Below are positions 12,758 through 25,616 of a stretch of 64,000 nt of DNA, in pieces (position 1 is the first letter of the stretch; each line of letters opens with the position of its first letter). A model generated the notes under the pieces. The model had not been told where the DNA came from and made no database searches. It worked only from the letters and a program-made list of their open reading frames with translations. Both the position numbers and the translations under genes were made by a program. Location of the stretch: contig NC_059430.1 of the NCBI RefSeq assembly GCF_021028975.2, forward strand, positions 42,656,001 to 42,720,000, read 5' to 3'. The stretch is from Sphaerodactylus townsendi (Eukaryota).

Positions 12758-12870
12758 TGAATGCACTTGAGATGGCCGATGGTGCACTGTGAGCTGAGGT
12801 CCTCCAGATCCCAAAGTCAGTCCATTGTTTGCAACATATGCTGTTGTCTGAGGCATTCGCAATGTCACAC
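12758..12870 (-). CDS. ATF7IP: ATF7IP internal exon (113 nt)
   Basis: gtgcag|GT...TCA|gtaagt; (G)VTLRMPQTTAYVANNGLTLGSGGPQLTVHHRPSQVHS; phases 1/0 fit neighbours. Confidence 0.93.
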
Positions 12871-13535
12871 CTGCACAGGAACCAGCAAAAATACAACAAT
12901 ACATGGAAGAATGTAGCCTGGTCATAATTTTCAGTTCTGTTACTTCTTAACTTACAATTATTTTGTGAATATCATTAAGATTGTTAAAGCTTTCCATCCT
13001 TTACAGTAAAGTATATAATATCAATCTTTACAGTAAAGTATATAATATCAACCTATAAAAACAAATACTACACAAAAATCCTAAGGTTATACAGATATTA
13101 GTTCAATTCCTCTATCAAATCATCATCTCCAAAATGGTATATAGCATTTGTCAAATAAATTTGAGCCCTCTTTTTTTCAAATAACATTATTACCTCCTTA
13201 CTGTTGCCTCTAATTATTTTTCTGGCTCATAGAAGGGAAGTCCTAAAGTTCTGAGTGAGGGTGCAGAAACAATTTATTACAAGGGAATTTACTCTGTACA
13301 TTTTGAGAAGCTTTTACAAATGTAAATGAATTTGTAACTACACATGCACATCTACACAGTGTAAAAAGCTGCAAGGCCTGAAAAAGAATTTCAGTGATGC
13401 CTACAGCCAAACAGGCTATTCTTTATAGCTCCAGGTGAACTGTTTTCTTAAATACAGACGAGGATGACATTAAAAAATCTATTCAAATACTGTACCTACA
13501 TGGTACAGAATAAATCTGCAAGAAAGTTTGCTTAC

Positions 13536-13721
13536 CTGAACTTTGTGGGTTGACCTGCCTCAAACTAGGGCTCTGCATAACATTGGTTCGTACAACATTC
13601 TGTCCTGATGGTGCAGGAAGTGTAGTATAGACCACCTGATGGTTTGCAGGGGTTCTTGGTACTGGGAGCCGGGCAGCAGTCTGAGTCATTGGACGATGGG
13701 TTACATTCACAGTTGTCTGGG
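13536..13721 (-). CDS. ATF7IP: ATF7IP internal exon (186 nt)
   Basis: ttctag|CC...TCAG|gtaagc; (A)QTTVNVTHRPMTQTAARLPVPRTPANHQVVYTTLPAP...RQVNPQSS. Confidence 0.93.
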
Positions 13722-15210
13722 CTAGAAGTCAGAATAAGCAGAATATAAGTATTATGCTCTATCTAGAAATCAAACATTGCAAAAAATCAAATGGTGCAGA
13801 AAACTGACGCATTTGAATCAGGCCTGTGGAACATAGTTTTTTTAAACACTCAACAGCATTTGCTTTCAGTAACAAGAGATATTTAGGAGAATCAGGAGAA
13901 GTGATAGCTTTCAAAATTCTTCAATGTCTACAGCAAAAGAACCATTCAATGAAGCTTTACCACACAGGTCAATCTGAAATTTGTTAAACTTGCATCTCCA
14001 AGTTATACTACAAAAGGAGGGATTCACAACATGGGCCAGACTGAAACTTAGGGGTGGCTTTACAGATGTACATGACATCACTGTGCCCCATTTCCAGGTC
14101 TTGAAATGCTAGGGCCCTAGCTACACATGAACATGACTATTTGTGTCATCACAGTACAAGGAAATAATTATTACAGTTCAGTACATCACAAACAGAAGTA
14201 TACCTGACCCAAAGCCTCATAGGAGGAGCCAATTGCTTTAATCACCAACCAGTAAACTGGCTCTCCACACAAGGGAAATGAGAACAAAATAGGTGTCCAC
14301 AATGTCAGCCCCTCACCCTCCATAGACAGCTGAGTCTTTGCACAGCACATGTTGTTTTCCTTGCCATGAAGCCTAGTTTTTTTCTGAGCTCTTTCTCAAT
14401 TCTGAACATATTCCTCCCCACAATCCTAATTCTCCCTTTAAACAGTTACCGCTGCATTAATTCCTCTTGGGCAGGGTTCTCTCTCCTTCTTCCTAAAAGC
14501 AGAAAGGATGAGGAACCATTGACAAGCCTTTATTGAAAGAGTGAAGCAGATGCTTAGTGGAAACTGGGGAAGGTGACTGGGGGTGAACAAGATGGGGGGG
14601 GGGGAGGTTGCCCATCTTTTGCAGTGTCATTTCACTAGCAACCAAGTTTCCATTATACCACTGAGGGGGCCCTCATTGAGATGTAAAGACAGTCAGTTAT
14701 TGGAGTGCAACCACACTTGCTGATCTGCTGGAATCAGAAGTAGGGCTGTGGGCTGTGTGAGTTGCATCCACTCAACTGCATGTTGTGCACTTTTGCTCTG
14801 GAGAAAGCCTCATAGTCAGCCAGCATCTAATTGATTCTAGTGGTAATTTTTGAAACAAAAACACGTTAGAAGAGAGATCGCTGTGGTAATGAATTGATGG
14901 AGCTTCCTCAAAGATGGATAAAACAGTGCGAACCTGATTTTCGTCTGCAGAGTAACTGCCCTACAGCAAAGCCAGTAATATTCTACTGAATCACCCCTTC
15001 TATTGACCATTTAATGATGTAAAAATACTATGATCTGAAAAATCTTCTATTTCTTTATTTCTACAAAATAAATGCTTTCATTGCACACTGCCCTTAAATT
15101 TCTTTATATTGAAGTAGTGGTATTTCCCACTGTTCCCACTGCTAGATAATGAAAAATCCAAATGGCTTGAATACAAAAAACATGCACAGCTTTATAAACA
15201 GTAAAATTAC

Positions 15211-15372
15211 CTGTGGGGAGAACATGTATGGTGGTCTGTGATAAGCCACTTCCTTGTGCACCTGCCTGTTGGACAGGAGCTGTCTGTACTGGCTGCAGCG
15301 GACGAGATGTAGACTGGGTTGGCAGGCCCACTCCAGAGGTGCTTGATTGGCTTTGGTTCTGCTTCTTGCTCT
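15211..15372 (-). CDS. ATF7IP: ATF7IP internal exon (162 nt; 165 nt with upstream tandem acceptor)
   Basis: gaagcag|AG...ACAG|gtaatt; (E)SKKQNQSQSSTSGVGLPTQSTSRPLQPVQTAP...SQTTIHVLPT. Confidence 0.88.
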
Positions 15373-15599
15373 CTGCTTCAAAAACAAGTCGATGCAGTTA
15401 CAGACAAGACAGAAAAGGCAGCTGAAAAAAGTAACTTTAGTGTCTTCTATTCTATTTCATATGTAATTGAGAATTTAAATTCTAGTAGCCATTCTTCCCA
15501 ACACAATCAATTTATATTCTATTTTTGTATAATGCATGAACAAAATAATCATCGGAGGAATATATATACATACAGTTCACTACTATACAGGGTTTCAAG

Positions 15600-16159
15600 C
15601 AGAGGTGGGATCCAGCAGGTTCTCACCAGTTCCCGAGAGTGGGTTACTAATTATTTGTGTGTGCCAAGAGGGGGTTACTAATTGGGTCTGCTTTTCCGTT
15701 AGAAATTCCATTAGGTCCAAAAATCATAAAGTCCTGTTGTTTCCTATGTGGCTGGTTAGCAAAGGTAGAAAACGGGATAATTCTTCCTGTTGGGCTGTTT
15801 AAAAAACATGTTTTAGAAATATGGTAAAGTTCCTTGTTTAAGGAAAGTATCCTTCTTTTGATTTCTAGAAACAAAATTAAGTATTTGAAAGTATTAAGTA
15901 TTCGACAGGCAGTCAATTAGAGGAGAAGTAGTTGTTTCTGTTGGCAGTAGACGATAGGACTTGATATAATGAGTTTAAATTATGGACAGAAAGATACCAG
16001 CTGGAACTTTTTTTTTACAGTAAGTGTTTTTTACAGTAACAGAGAAATTATTAATGCCCCGCCCCCGGAATGCCCTGCTCAGCCCCATTGGCGCTACGCC
16101 ACTGTTTGAATCCCACGACCATGGGAACCTGTTACTAAAATTTTTGGATCCCACCACTG
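15600..16159. mobile_element. Non-autonomous hAT element
   Basis: TIR CAG(A/T)GGTGGGATCC; perfect 8-bp TSD GTTTCAAG (15592-15599 / 16160-16167). Confidence 0.9.
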
Positions 16160-16436
16160 GTTTCAAGGTACATCGACACATACCCAGTTCATGAAATCCT
16201 ACGGTAGCCTAAAATATGTTTTAAGCTGTGGAAATCTTCAATAAATTGAACTACAACTTAATCTGAATAAGCTAGTATGACATTTTATGTGCAGGTCTAA
16301 GCTTAACCTGGTTGACTTCAATGATCACAACACTGTTAAACATTTGTTTCAGGACAGCTATCTCTGTAGGTTTGGACTCAACACTGTATGCTCCTTTAGT
16401 TTTAGCATCTCCTAAATAACAGTACTCAAATATATT

Positions 16437-16559
16437 GAGGTGCTGTGTGGTTTCCGGGCTGTATGGCCGTGTTCTAGCATGCTGCTAGAACACAGCCATA
16501 CAGCCCGGAAACTTCACAGCACCTCAGTGATTCCGGTTGTGAAAGTCTTCGACAATACG
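16437..16559. mobile_element. Penelope-derived mini fold-back insertion
   Basis: GTGCTGTGTGGTTTCCGGGCTGTATGGCCGTGTTCTAGCA followed by its inverse and the ...TCTTCGACAATA tail; 10-bp duplication CAAATATATT (16427-16436 / 16560-16569). Confidence 0.75.
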
Positions 16560-17582
16560 CAAATATATTCTTTATAGATATATACAATTTAATCTTATGT
16601 TAGCATTTATCTTCCATTATGAGTTTTGCATAATGCCAAAATCCAATCTAAAATTATGCTGATCAGGGCATTTGCTGGAACTCTGGTTGCCTTCAAATGG
16701 TATATTATACAACAAATCTGAAAGTAACCTGTAACTACTCTTGCAATAAATCATTCTGTCTCTTTGTGCTTTCAGTGCATTATCTCAAGTGAGAATGTGT
16801 ACTGCTTTCCGCAGTGGTGGTAGAAGAACTGAGGGAGGTGCTTCTTCTCCTTTCTAGTCACATGACATTTGGGGCAGGAAAACCTGCCCTGGGCTCTGGT
16901 TGGGAGGGAGAGGAGCACTCTGCAGAGTTCTAATCCTCACTAAAGCTTGCTATTTGATACCGTGGCTGACCTGCACAAGTGCAGGCCACAAAGGTGGAAT
17001 ATGCTGAATCTTCATTAGCTGCAATAAATCTTTCATTAATGGCCTCATTTTAAAGGCTCAGAAAGACCCAGCTTTTATGTTTGACGTAGATGAAGAAGAC
17101 AGCAGGTGGCATGGAAACTATCCCCCATTCTGGACCTGAAGAACTGCCATACTATCCTTACTACAGTGTCACTGAGGCTGGACTAGTGTGATGCATATTG
17201 TATGAGACTACCCCTGAAGACAATGAGGGAGCTTCAACTGCCTCAGAATTGGTGGTATGGTTGTAGACGGGGGTTAAGCTTGAGCACATTATCCTAATTC
17301 TTAAATATTTGCATTTGCTTCTGCATTCAATTCATGGTGCTGGATTAACTTTTACATTAGCTGGGACCCTCATAGCTGAGGGACTGTTTGTGCTCATAGC
17401 ACAGCAACCACTGTGATCGTTGTTATCTTAAAAGGGTATTAGGATGGCTTTGGATGAGCCCAGACATTTTCTGTGGCTGTTCCAGTTTTGTTGAATGGCC
17501 TTCCTGAGACAGTGAGAAAAGTTCCTGCCCTTCACAGCTTTAGGAAGCTGTGCAAGACTGAACTGTATAGATGAGCTTCTTA

Positions 17583-17733
17583 GGGCACTTCCGCACATTC
17601 AGAATAATGCACTTTCAATCCACTTTCACAATTGTTCGCAAGTGAATTTTGCTATTTCGCACAGTAAAATCCAGCTGCAAAGTGCAGTGAAAGTGGATTG
17701 AAAGTACATTTTTCTGCAAGTGTGGAAGTGCCC
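17583..17733. mobile_element. PIF/Harbinger-type palindromic MITE
   Basis: TIR GGGCACTTCCGCAC / GTGTGGAAGTGCCC, TTA / TGA flanks, near-palindromic body. Confidence 0.7.
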
Positions 17734-17912
17734 TGAAAGTCCATGAACAGTAGTATTTGTTTCTTAAGTGTTTGGCTGTAAGAACTGGTTGAAAGGGCTA
17801 TCTTCTCTTTCATTGTTGCACCAGTTTTAGAGTGATTTGTGATCTCGCTGTGCGATTCTTCAGTGCAAGAGAAAAGTGGGATAAAGTATTTTAAACAAAT
17901 AATAATAAAATC

Positions 17913-18484
17913 TGTTCATGGTATGAGTACTAACTGCAAAATGTAAGCACGCACACACGCACTAACATCGCTATCGCCATCGCTAATAACACTCACACTG
18001 TCACATGTCCCTGGATGGTCCCAAGCCATATAGCTGCTTTTGCTCATCCTCTTCCTCCTGTAGAGATTGGCTACTGATGTGTGTGAGTGTATAAAACTGA
18101 GCCTGTCTGAGTCTCACCACACTTCCCGCCTTGTCTCCTTCCTGGGCCTCTTAATGAGAACACTGCATTCCAATCCTTTAGCTTTGAGATAACATCTGTG
18201 ATTCTATTCTGTTGTTATGCAAACAACCAATTATGTTATATTGTCTGCTTCAACTAATCACACCTAGTTTGGGGGGCTCCTAAAAGTATATCAATGCATA
18301 AGCCTGCTGTGACTTTTCAGATCTGTCTATGGATCCCTATGTGCCAATATCCTGCCATAAAGCTTCAACAAAGAATATCATGACTAATCCTGAGTTCTTC
18401 AATTGAGCCTGTGGACACAGGGCATGACTGACTCACACACACACACACACACACACGAGAGCCTGCAGAAGGGCGGCCTAGACA
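17913..18484 (+). mobile_element. LTR-like sequence (boundaries uncertain)
   Basis: TATAAAA at ~18090, CATAAAGC polyA-like motif at ~18356, U3/R/U5-like layout; no TSD resolved. Confidence 0.4.
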
Positions 18485-18685
18485 ACAAACAAACACTGGA
18501 ACTCTGGCTGCCTTCAAATGGGGTTATATAAGAAATGAGAAAGTAACCTATGATCACACACACTTCATTATAAATATAAACAGAACAGAAAGAAAACCAA
18601 AAATCAAAACACATGTACCAATTATATCAGAAGACTAAGAAAAAATTGTTTACATGATAACAATCTGATAAACAATAGTCACTTA

Positions 18686-18749
18686 ATGTATTGTCGAAGG
18701 CACGGCCTTCTAGCACACGGCCATACAGCCCGGAAACCACACAGCACCC
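18686..18749. mobile_element. 64-bp Penelope-derived insertion
   Basis: TATTGTCGAAGG start plus inverted CACGGCCATACAGCCCGGAAACCACACAGCACC; 13-bp duplication CAATAGTCACTTA (18673-18685 / 18750-18762). Confidence 0.72.
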
Positions 18750-19362
18750 CAATAGTCACTTACTTACAATAGCTGCTATTGCCAATAGCAAGTGATATAA
18801 CAATAATCATGAAATAATGCTTATCAAAATCTAACAAAAACAATAAAATACAATTTATGATACACCTAATAATATAAGTTGCAATATATAATCAAGTAGA
18901 TGAAGTAGATAAAAATAACTAAGAAATTACTATTATAAATGATGATGAATTCTCAAATATTAAACATTGAATACACAAATTATCATTTCTATTTGTAATA
19001 TATTTAAGAATTTTATGTTTTATTCCCTTTAGATCCCATTTCAATATGTAGCATATTATGAGGATTATTAATAATTTATGTACAATATTTCAACAACCTC
19101 TTTCTCAACTCATCATTTTTAAAATAACAATATAGATTATATGCTTTCCACTCATCTTCTTTGACTGGTCCCTTCACAAAAAAATGGTCAATTTTGCTGT
19201 CACTGCATATTTAGCTACATACATACAAACAAACATGTATATATTCAGTAGATTTCTCTCAATCATTTCTTTTTATAATTTACCACCATCTCCATTTTTG
19301 GAAGTAATTACTTATAACGTCCATCAGGTTCAGTTAATTTGTCATTATATCTTCTCATTTAC

Positions 19363-19435
19363 CTTGAGAACAGCCATCATCTTCATCATCTAGGGTAAGG
19401 TCAATGACTCCGCTTGAACCTGTGGGCTTTCCACT
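19363..19435 (-). CDS. ATF7IP: ATF7IP exon (73 nt) encoding the SUMO-interacting motif
   Basis: tttcag|AGT...CAAG|gtaaat; SGKPTGSSGVIDLTLDDEDDGCSQ (VIDLT plus acidic tract, the MCAF1 SIM). Confidence 0.95.
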
Positions 19436-20128
19436 CTGAAAGTCAAACAAAATTTGTCATCTTTGCAACAGTGAATTAAAGTTGCGTGCTACGATTTTAA
19501 TACTGTTACAAGAAAAACCAGACTACAAATCAGTGGTCATCAGTGTCCCCACCCCACCCCAGCACCAGTAAGCGCCACATCCAATACCTCAGCAAAAGAA
19601 AAATTATTTTCACTTAAAGCGGAACTGACATGAAGAGAAACCAATCTCCATAGAGTGCCAGAACACGAAAAACCACATTTTAATTGATTCCAAGAGTATT
19701 GCCAAAGTAAACTGCAAAATAGAAGTATTGAGGATTAAGGCAACACATTTAAGGGCAACATAGATGTAAAGCCATTGTATGTGGAAAGTGATATAGTAAA
19801 GAATGGGATCTTAGGATCTGGAGGAGGAACAAACTATTGATAATGCTCTCTAAATGAAAAACTATTCTCTATAGTTTTAAATATAGAGAATGTGCTACAA
19901 ATAACTATTTAAAGCTAAAACCAAATAACGTCCCCATTTTAGACTTTAACAAATAATGGCATTGTTAAAAGAAACCAACATGACAGGATAAAACATGAAT
20001 AATTTCAAAATAGGCAGATGAGACTACTGTTTAATAATGGTAGTAGTGGGGAGAACACTATTTTTTAATGGTAGTGATGGGGAGAACACGTGTTTATTGA
20101 ATGTCACTGGCATCTTGAACGTATAGTA

Positions 20129-20561
20129 CAGGGGTAGGGAACCTTTAACACTCAAAGAGCCATTTGGACCCGTTTTCCACGGGAAAAGAAAACACTTGGA
20201 GCCGCAAATATTTTTTGACATTTAAAATAAAGATAACACTGTATATATTGGGCTTTTTTACCTTTTACTCCACTCATTCTGAGAAGTGCATGGATGCACC
20301 CGCCCTGCTGCCTGCAGGGCGGGCAAGGATGGGGCCAGCGGCTCGGCCTCGCCGGCCGCCGGGAAAGCACCCGCCCCGCTCCAACGGGGTGGGCGAGAGG
20401 GGAAGCCCGCGGTGCGGCCCAGCCGGCTGCGGGCAATTGGTGCGCCCACCCTGCTGCCTGCAGGGCGGGCAAGAATGAGGACGGCGGCTCGGCTCGTAGA
20501 GCCGCAGTGCAAGGGCAGAAGAGCCGCATGCGGCTCTCGAGCCGCAGGTTCCCTACCCCTG
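20129..20561. mobile_element. Young, CpG-rich hAT MITE
   Basis: Perfect TIR CAGGGGTAGGGAACCT / AGGTTCCCTACCCCTG; perfect 8-bp TSD GTATAGTA. Confidence 0.92.
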
Positions 20562-20869
20562 GTATAGTACAAAGTCAACTTGCTATTGTATGTTTTGATG
20601 GCCACTCTTGCATGCACTGGGCAGATCCCATAAACTCCACTATTTGTGAAAGTGGCCGAACAGTGACTTTTTATCTTGTTTTGCTGGGATGATGAAACAA
20701 ATGCTTCAGGCTTCAGGCTTTTTTGCTCCATTCCCCTCCCCTGCTCCACTTCCACCCTCCCTAATGATCAGGAAGACTTTTTAAAACTTTATTTCAACTT
20801 CAAGCATTTGTACCATATTAGATCTGTCAAAATAATGATAGATCTAATACAGGAATATTGAAATAATAA

Positions 20870-21019
20870 NNNNNNNNNNNNNNNNNNNNNNNNNNNNNNN
20901 NNNNNNNNNNNNNNNNNNNNNNNNNNNNNNNNNNNNNNNNNNNNNNNNNNNNNNNNNNNNNNNNNNNNNNNNNNNNNNNNNNNNNNNNNNNNNNNNNNNN
21001 NNNNNNNNNNNNNNNNNNN
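20870..21019. other. Assembly gap (150 N)
   Basis: Run of N. Confidence 1.
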
Positions 21020-21817
21020 GGGAGGGAGAGAATATCAGTTCTAGGACATGGCCTTCTTCAGCAGAGTGTGGTCCAGGGAATGGCTTTGTCTCTTTCATTG
21101 GGGGCAGGGAGGTTGAAAGAGGCTACAATATTGATATTGCAATAACAGCAATATTGATATAACAACAATTTAAAGGGCTTTAACAAAGCCAGCAGTCTTT
21201 GATGATGAGATGTGTGCCTTTAAGTGAGTTGATGAGCAGATAAGAGAACCAGAAGAATCAGTTAGAACTGAGATCAAGGAGAGTTCAGCAAGCAAGCTGT
21301 GCAGCAGGCAGTGGGATGCCTCCTTGCGTGTAAACATGGAAATGCAAGATAACACACTATAACCGTACTGTGAAGTGAAGAGCCCCGAGGAAAGCATTCT
21401 ATGCATAATGGACTAGGTAAAAAAGGGAAAAAAGATGGATAGAACGGGGCTATACTCTCTTCCTCATCTCGGCTTTCTCATATACAGTAAGCCTTCCCAC
21501 CACCCCATCAAATATATATGGCATATGGTACTATGAGGAACTTTGGGGAAACAGTTACAAAAAAGTAAAAACATGGTTTAGTCTGTTTGCCTTGCTGCTC
21601 AGAAAAACCCTACATTGCAACCCCACCCCCCATATTCTTAACCAATTCTGAACGCTTTTTATCTAAACTGGAATAAGGCAAACAAGCTCAAACAGACGAA
21701 TGGACAGGAGACAAAAAACCCAAGCACATTGTTTGAATAGAAAAAAAATTGGATAGGTTTACATTTCTGGGGATTATAACTTTTGATCTACACAGAAAAA
21801 ACACAAAAGCAATCTAC

Positions 21818-21900
21818 CTGTGATGCATTTTCAGGAGCCTTCTTTGCTGAAATGTCTGTTGATGGCAGTAGAGGTGGCAGCAACCTTGATGTCTGGCTCT
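21818..21900 (-). CDS. ATF7IP: ATF7IP internal exon (83 nt)
   Basis: cctcaag|AG...CAG|gtagat; (E)SQTSRLLPPLLPSTDISAKKAPENASQ; phases 1/0 link the 657-nt and 73-nt exons. Confidence 0.85.
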
Positions 21901-23140
21901 CTTGAGGGGGCAAGAGATAATTTCATTGAACAATCTAATTAAATCCCATGCAATATAACATTTATATACATTGTAACAGCATATTTGATACATGCAACTT
22001 GTACAGTCGATTGTTCAGATTCTCTCTTCAGAGCGTAAGCACAGAGATAATTAAATTCATAGAGGCAACAGTGAGCTAGAATATACATCAATCATTTCAG
22101 AATGCAGTAATAATATACCCAAACATACATTCAAGAAACTGGCTACTTAGTACAAACCAGTACTCAGACATTCCCACACCCTGAACATCATTGCAATGTT
22201 TTTGTTCCAGCTTCACTTTCTCCGTATTTCCCTGACTTCACCATCTATTTTTCCCCATCTATGTTTTTCAGTCTTCCCAATGTCCCACTTAAGTCCTGAC
22301 TTTCAACTAGTCTATTTCAAACCTGTCCTCTTGCCTTTCTTTCTCTCAGACATTTAATCCAGCTATCTTCCACAAAAGGTTTATTTTTCTTTAGCTGTTC
22401 TGCTTCTTGGTTAAACCTTGCCCTTTAATTTCCCAGGTGAGGTTTGAAATCACTAACCTTCTCTTCCACCACAGAAGACTACGAACACTGCAATAAAGAG
22501 TCACTTATTTATAATTAAATAGCATCAAGGTGTTAAACAAATTACAATAGATCCCCTGATAAAGCCACAGGTAAAAAGCTTTGGGATCAGGAAACAACAA
22601 CGAAGAATTTGTTCAACACCATTATTTATTTTTCCTGCTAGTGTGGCCCTAACTTCTCTTTACTCAATTAAACAGGGCATTAAACACTCTGAAAGTTTAA
22701 AGACATGGAAGATGAAGAAAGATTAATTTGGGTAAGCGGAAGGAAAAGAGGGGCTGTGACTAGTGAGTATATATGTAAATACAGGAAAAAGAAAGGCATA
22801 TATAGCTCCAGGCAACTGTTGCCATGGAACTGGAATGTTGGAAGAGAGGAGAGCATCAGTCTAACTGTGGGAAAGGATGAAAAGAAAACAATGGAAAGAA
22901 AGATACAGAAAGTCCTTCTGGAAACTAGCAGAGTGAATATAGTGAGACAGAAAGCAATCCTGGTGAGACAAACTATGTCCTTGATCTCAAAAGGCCTAGG
23001 AGTCTGTTGTCTCTGAATGCTTACACAGTCTGCTAGTTGGGAAGCAATGAAAAACACAGCAGTGGGGGAACCAGAAACCTGCTATGCAGTGTCAACCCAA
23101 GCCCACTACAAATTGTTTCTCACACAGGCAATGCTGTAGC

Positions 23141-23862
23141 TGTCAGGGTCTGTTCCCCCGCTTTGTCTGACAGTGAAGATGATGGCCTGTTATGCCGGTC
23201 TTTTGACTCCAACAGAGGTGAGACCCCCGAAGCCAGACCTGGCAGCAGTGACTCATTGGAGGATGAGGAACCAGCTGCGGCCACACCAGCTTCTGATGGC
23301 CTTTCAGAACCAGGGCCAGCTCACCAAGCACCCCCAGAACAGTCCCAGAGCTCACCTCCAGCCCCCCCCCCGCTCCCCAGCTTGCAGCCCTCCTGGTTCC
23401 CCTACCCCGCTAGAGCAGCGCCAGCAACAGTGGGACCTGACACAGCAACGGAGATCAACCAGACTAGCTGCTCGCAAAATGTGAGTGCTCACAGACTTGG
23501 CTCCTTAAGGCAAGATGTGAGTGCTCACAGACTCAGCTCCCTGAAGCATGGCAATCAGTCCCACATGGATAAAAAGGGCTGGTTGCTGCTTCATGCCTTT
23601 GCAGACGACAACAGCTGACGTTGATGACACTCAGCTTGTGGACTTACTTTGTGAGAACTGTACTGGCCTTGTTTTGCTGAACTTGTGGACTTAGTTTGTG
23701 TGAACTGTACTGAACTGTTCTTGAGGACTTAGTTTGAGTGGACCTGGCTGCACCAATGGAGCGGTGTATCAAGAAAAGCTGTGAGTTTCTTTGCCTATCA
23801 AGTAAAGCTGTGAGTGTTCACTACACCGTGCCTTGTGCCTCCTTTGTGGCCAGCCTGTGACA
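23141..23862 (+). mobile_element. Solo LTR (722 bp), probably Gypsy-type
   Basis: TGTCA...TGACA inverted ends; 5-bp TSD GTAGC; GATAAAAAGG TATA-like at ~23568, AGTAAA at ~23801. Confidence 0.85.
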
Positions 23863-25616
23863 GTAGCATTAAGTAGGCCTCAGTATAGGAAACTAAAGTA
23901 CTGAGAGGGATACAGGGGGCTCTGAAATTGTCAAGTCATTTGGAAAAGGAGGCTACTTCAAGAAGTTATTGTCTTTACCCTAAGTATTTAGGTTTCCAAA
24001 CTTTTGAATAATAAGACAGTAATTTACATTACTACCTCAGTTCAGTCTTCACTGCCCAATGTACAATAAAATACACATCAGATCTGCACAACTTGTTGTT
24101 GAACATCATTTAGTTCTCCCGATGAGATTGAGAATATCTGGGGTGTTTTCCACTGACCAATCAGGGAGGCAGGATCAAATTTTTCCTTCCATGATGTCGC
24201 TGGGACATGCCCCTTCTTCCCCAGTTCTTTCCTGCTTCCCAGGAGAGTAGTTGTCTCATTGCCTGTGCTTTTGCTTTATTCCTTATTCTGCTGATACTGT
24301 CTGAACTTCTTATTCTTATTCTCTTCTTTAATCCTATCATCTCCTCCATTGTCTTTCTGCCATTCTCTCCTGCTCCTGACTCCCCAGGCTGAGAGAGAGC
24401 ATGTGTTTGAGGTTGTTAGAGCTGCAGCGTGAGGTGACTCTTGGTGTCCTTTTTGTGTCTTTTAGCAGTTGTCCCTCACTGCAAGTTTGCAGATGAGTCT
24501 ATGGAGGCAAGAAACAACAATTTTATCTCGGAAGAAGGACTTCAACCCCCTGCAGTCACCAAGGGGGACAAATGGCAAGTCTATCCCCTGATAGGGCTGT
24601 CTCAACTGTGGAGTCAGTCAGCAGCCAGGGGAAGGTGCCATATTCTAAGGATCAAACTGGCACAAAAAAGCTGCACATCAAGAAAATGGCGCCTGGAACT
24701 TCAAACGTCCCTTTCCTTCTTCCCATTCCAGTGGCGGCAGTTGGCAGTAGATTGGAGAGCCATGGAGGCCCATCTGTGGCTCTGGAAGGCATCTTAGGAG
24801 TCATCAGACTGGGAGAAGGTACTGAGGAGATTGTTGGAGTTATCAGAGCAGTTTCAGGGAGGAAATGTTTGACCTTCTCCAGATGCACCTTGGAAGTAAG
24901 GGCTTGCAGAGAGAAGAGGGCGCTGCTGCCACAGGCACAGTTAAATGCTTTCAGGTTGCCTCAGTCAGAGAGAGGGATATGCAAGGGGCAGGCTGCTGTA
25001 GCTGGCCCACTAAGGCAGTGAAGAAACGGACTAGAATATGTCCTGAAAGAGAGCTGTCTGATTCTTCCAAATTTGAAGAGGGAGGGAGGGAAAGAGAGGC
25101 TGGGTGGGTGGGGGGTTAAGGGATAGACCTAAGTTCAGGTCCAAGCATAAGGGAAATAAGGAAGTCTTCTCCTACACTTCAGTAACAGAAAGTGTTACCT
25201 TTCTTTGAATTTGAGGAGCAGCTCCAGAAGGAGTTGGAAAAGGCCGCAGCCAGTTCCCAGCCTTCATCCACAAATTGTACTCAATGCCAAAATACACTAA
25301 TGATTTACTGCAGGTTCTCCTCATAGATGCTCTGGTTGCAGAATTCCAGATGGCAGGCTTGATATCAGAGCCAAATTAAGGATGCCATTGATCACAGGGC
25401 TAACTAGATCTCAAGGAGAACACATGAGGCCATCGCCATGTCAATTACTGTATCTGCTGTGGCATCCGTCATCTCCAGGGCCTCCACAGTCTGGTCAAGG
25501 AAGATGCTTCAGGTACTTCCAGAAGGAAACAAGAGGTTCCTGGAGGGGACTAAGAGGATCCTGAAAGTTGTGGACTTCAACTCTCAACGCTCTCTCCTTC
25601 TCCTCCAGCGTCACTG

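Noticed and set aside
13000-13051. 26-bp direct repeat CTTTACAGTAAAGTATATAATATCAA
   Set aside because: Simple slippage duplication in an intron; no functional signal
20152-20755. Overlapping GC-rich ORFs in several frames
   Set aside because: Stop-poor GC-rich MITE sequence; the same applies at 8770-9650 and 42297-42915
23037-23618. 193-aa Pro/Ser-rich ORF
   Set aside because: Lies mostly within a solo LTR, low complexity, non-ATG start, no recognisable domain
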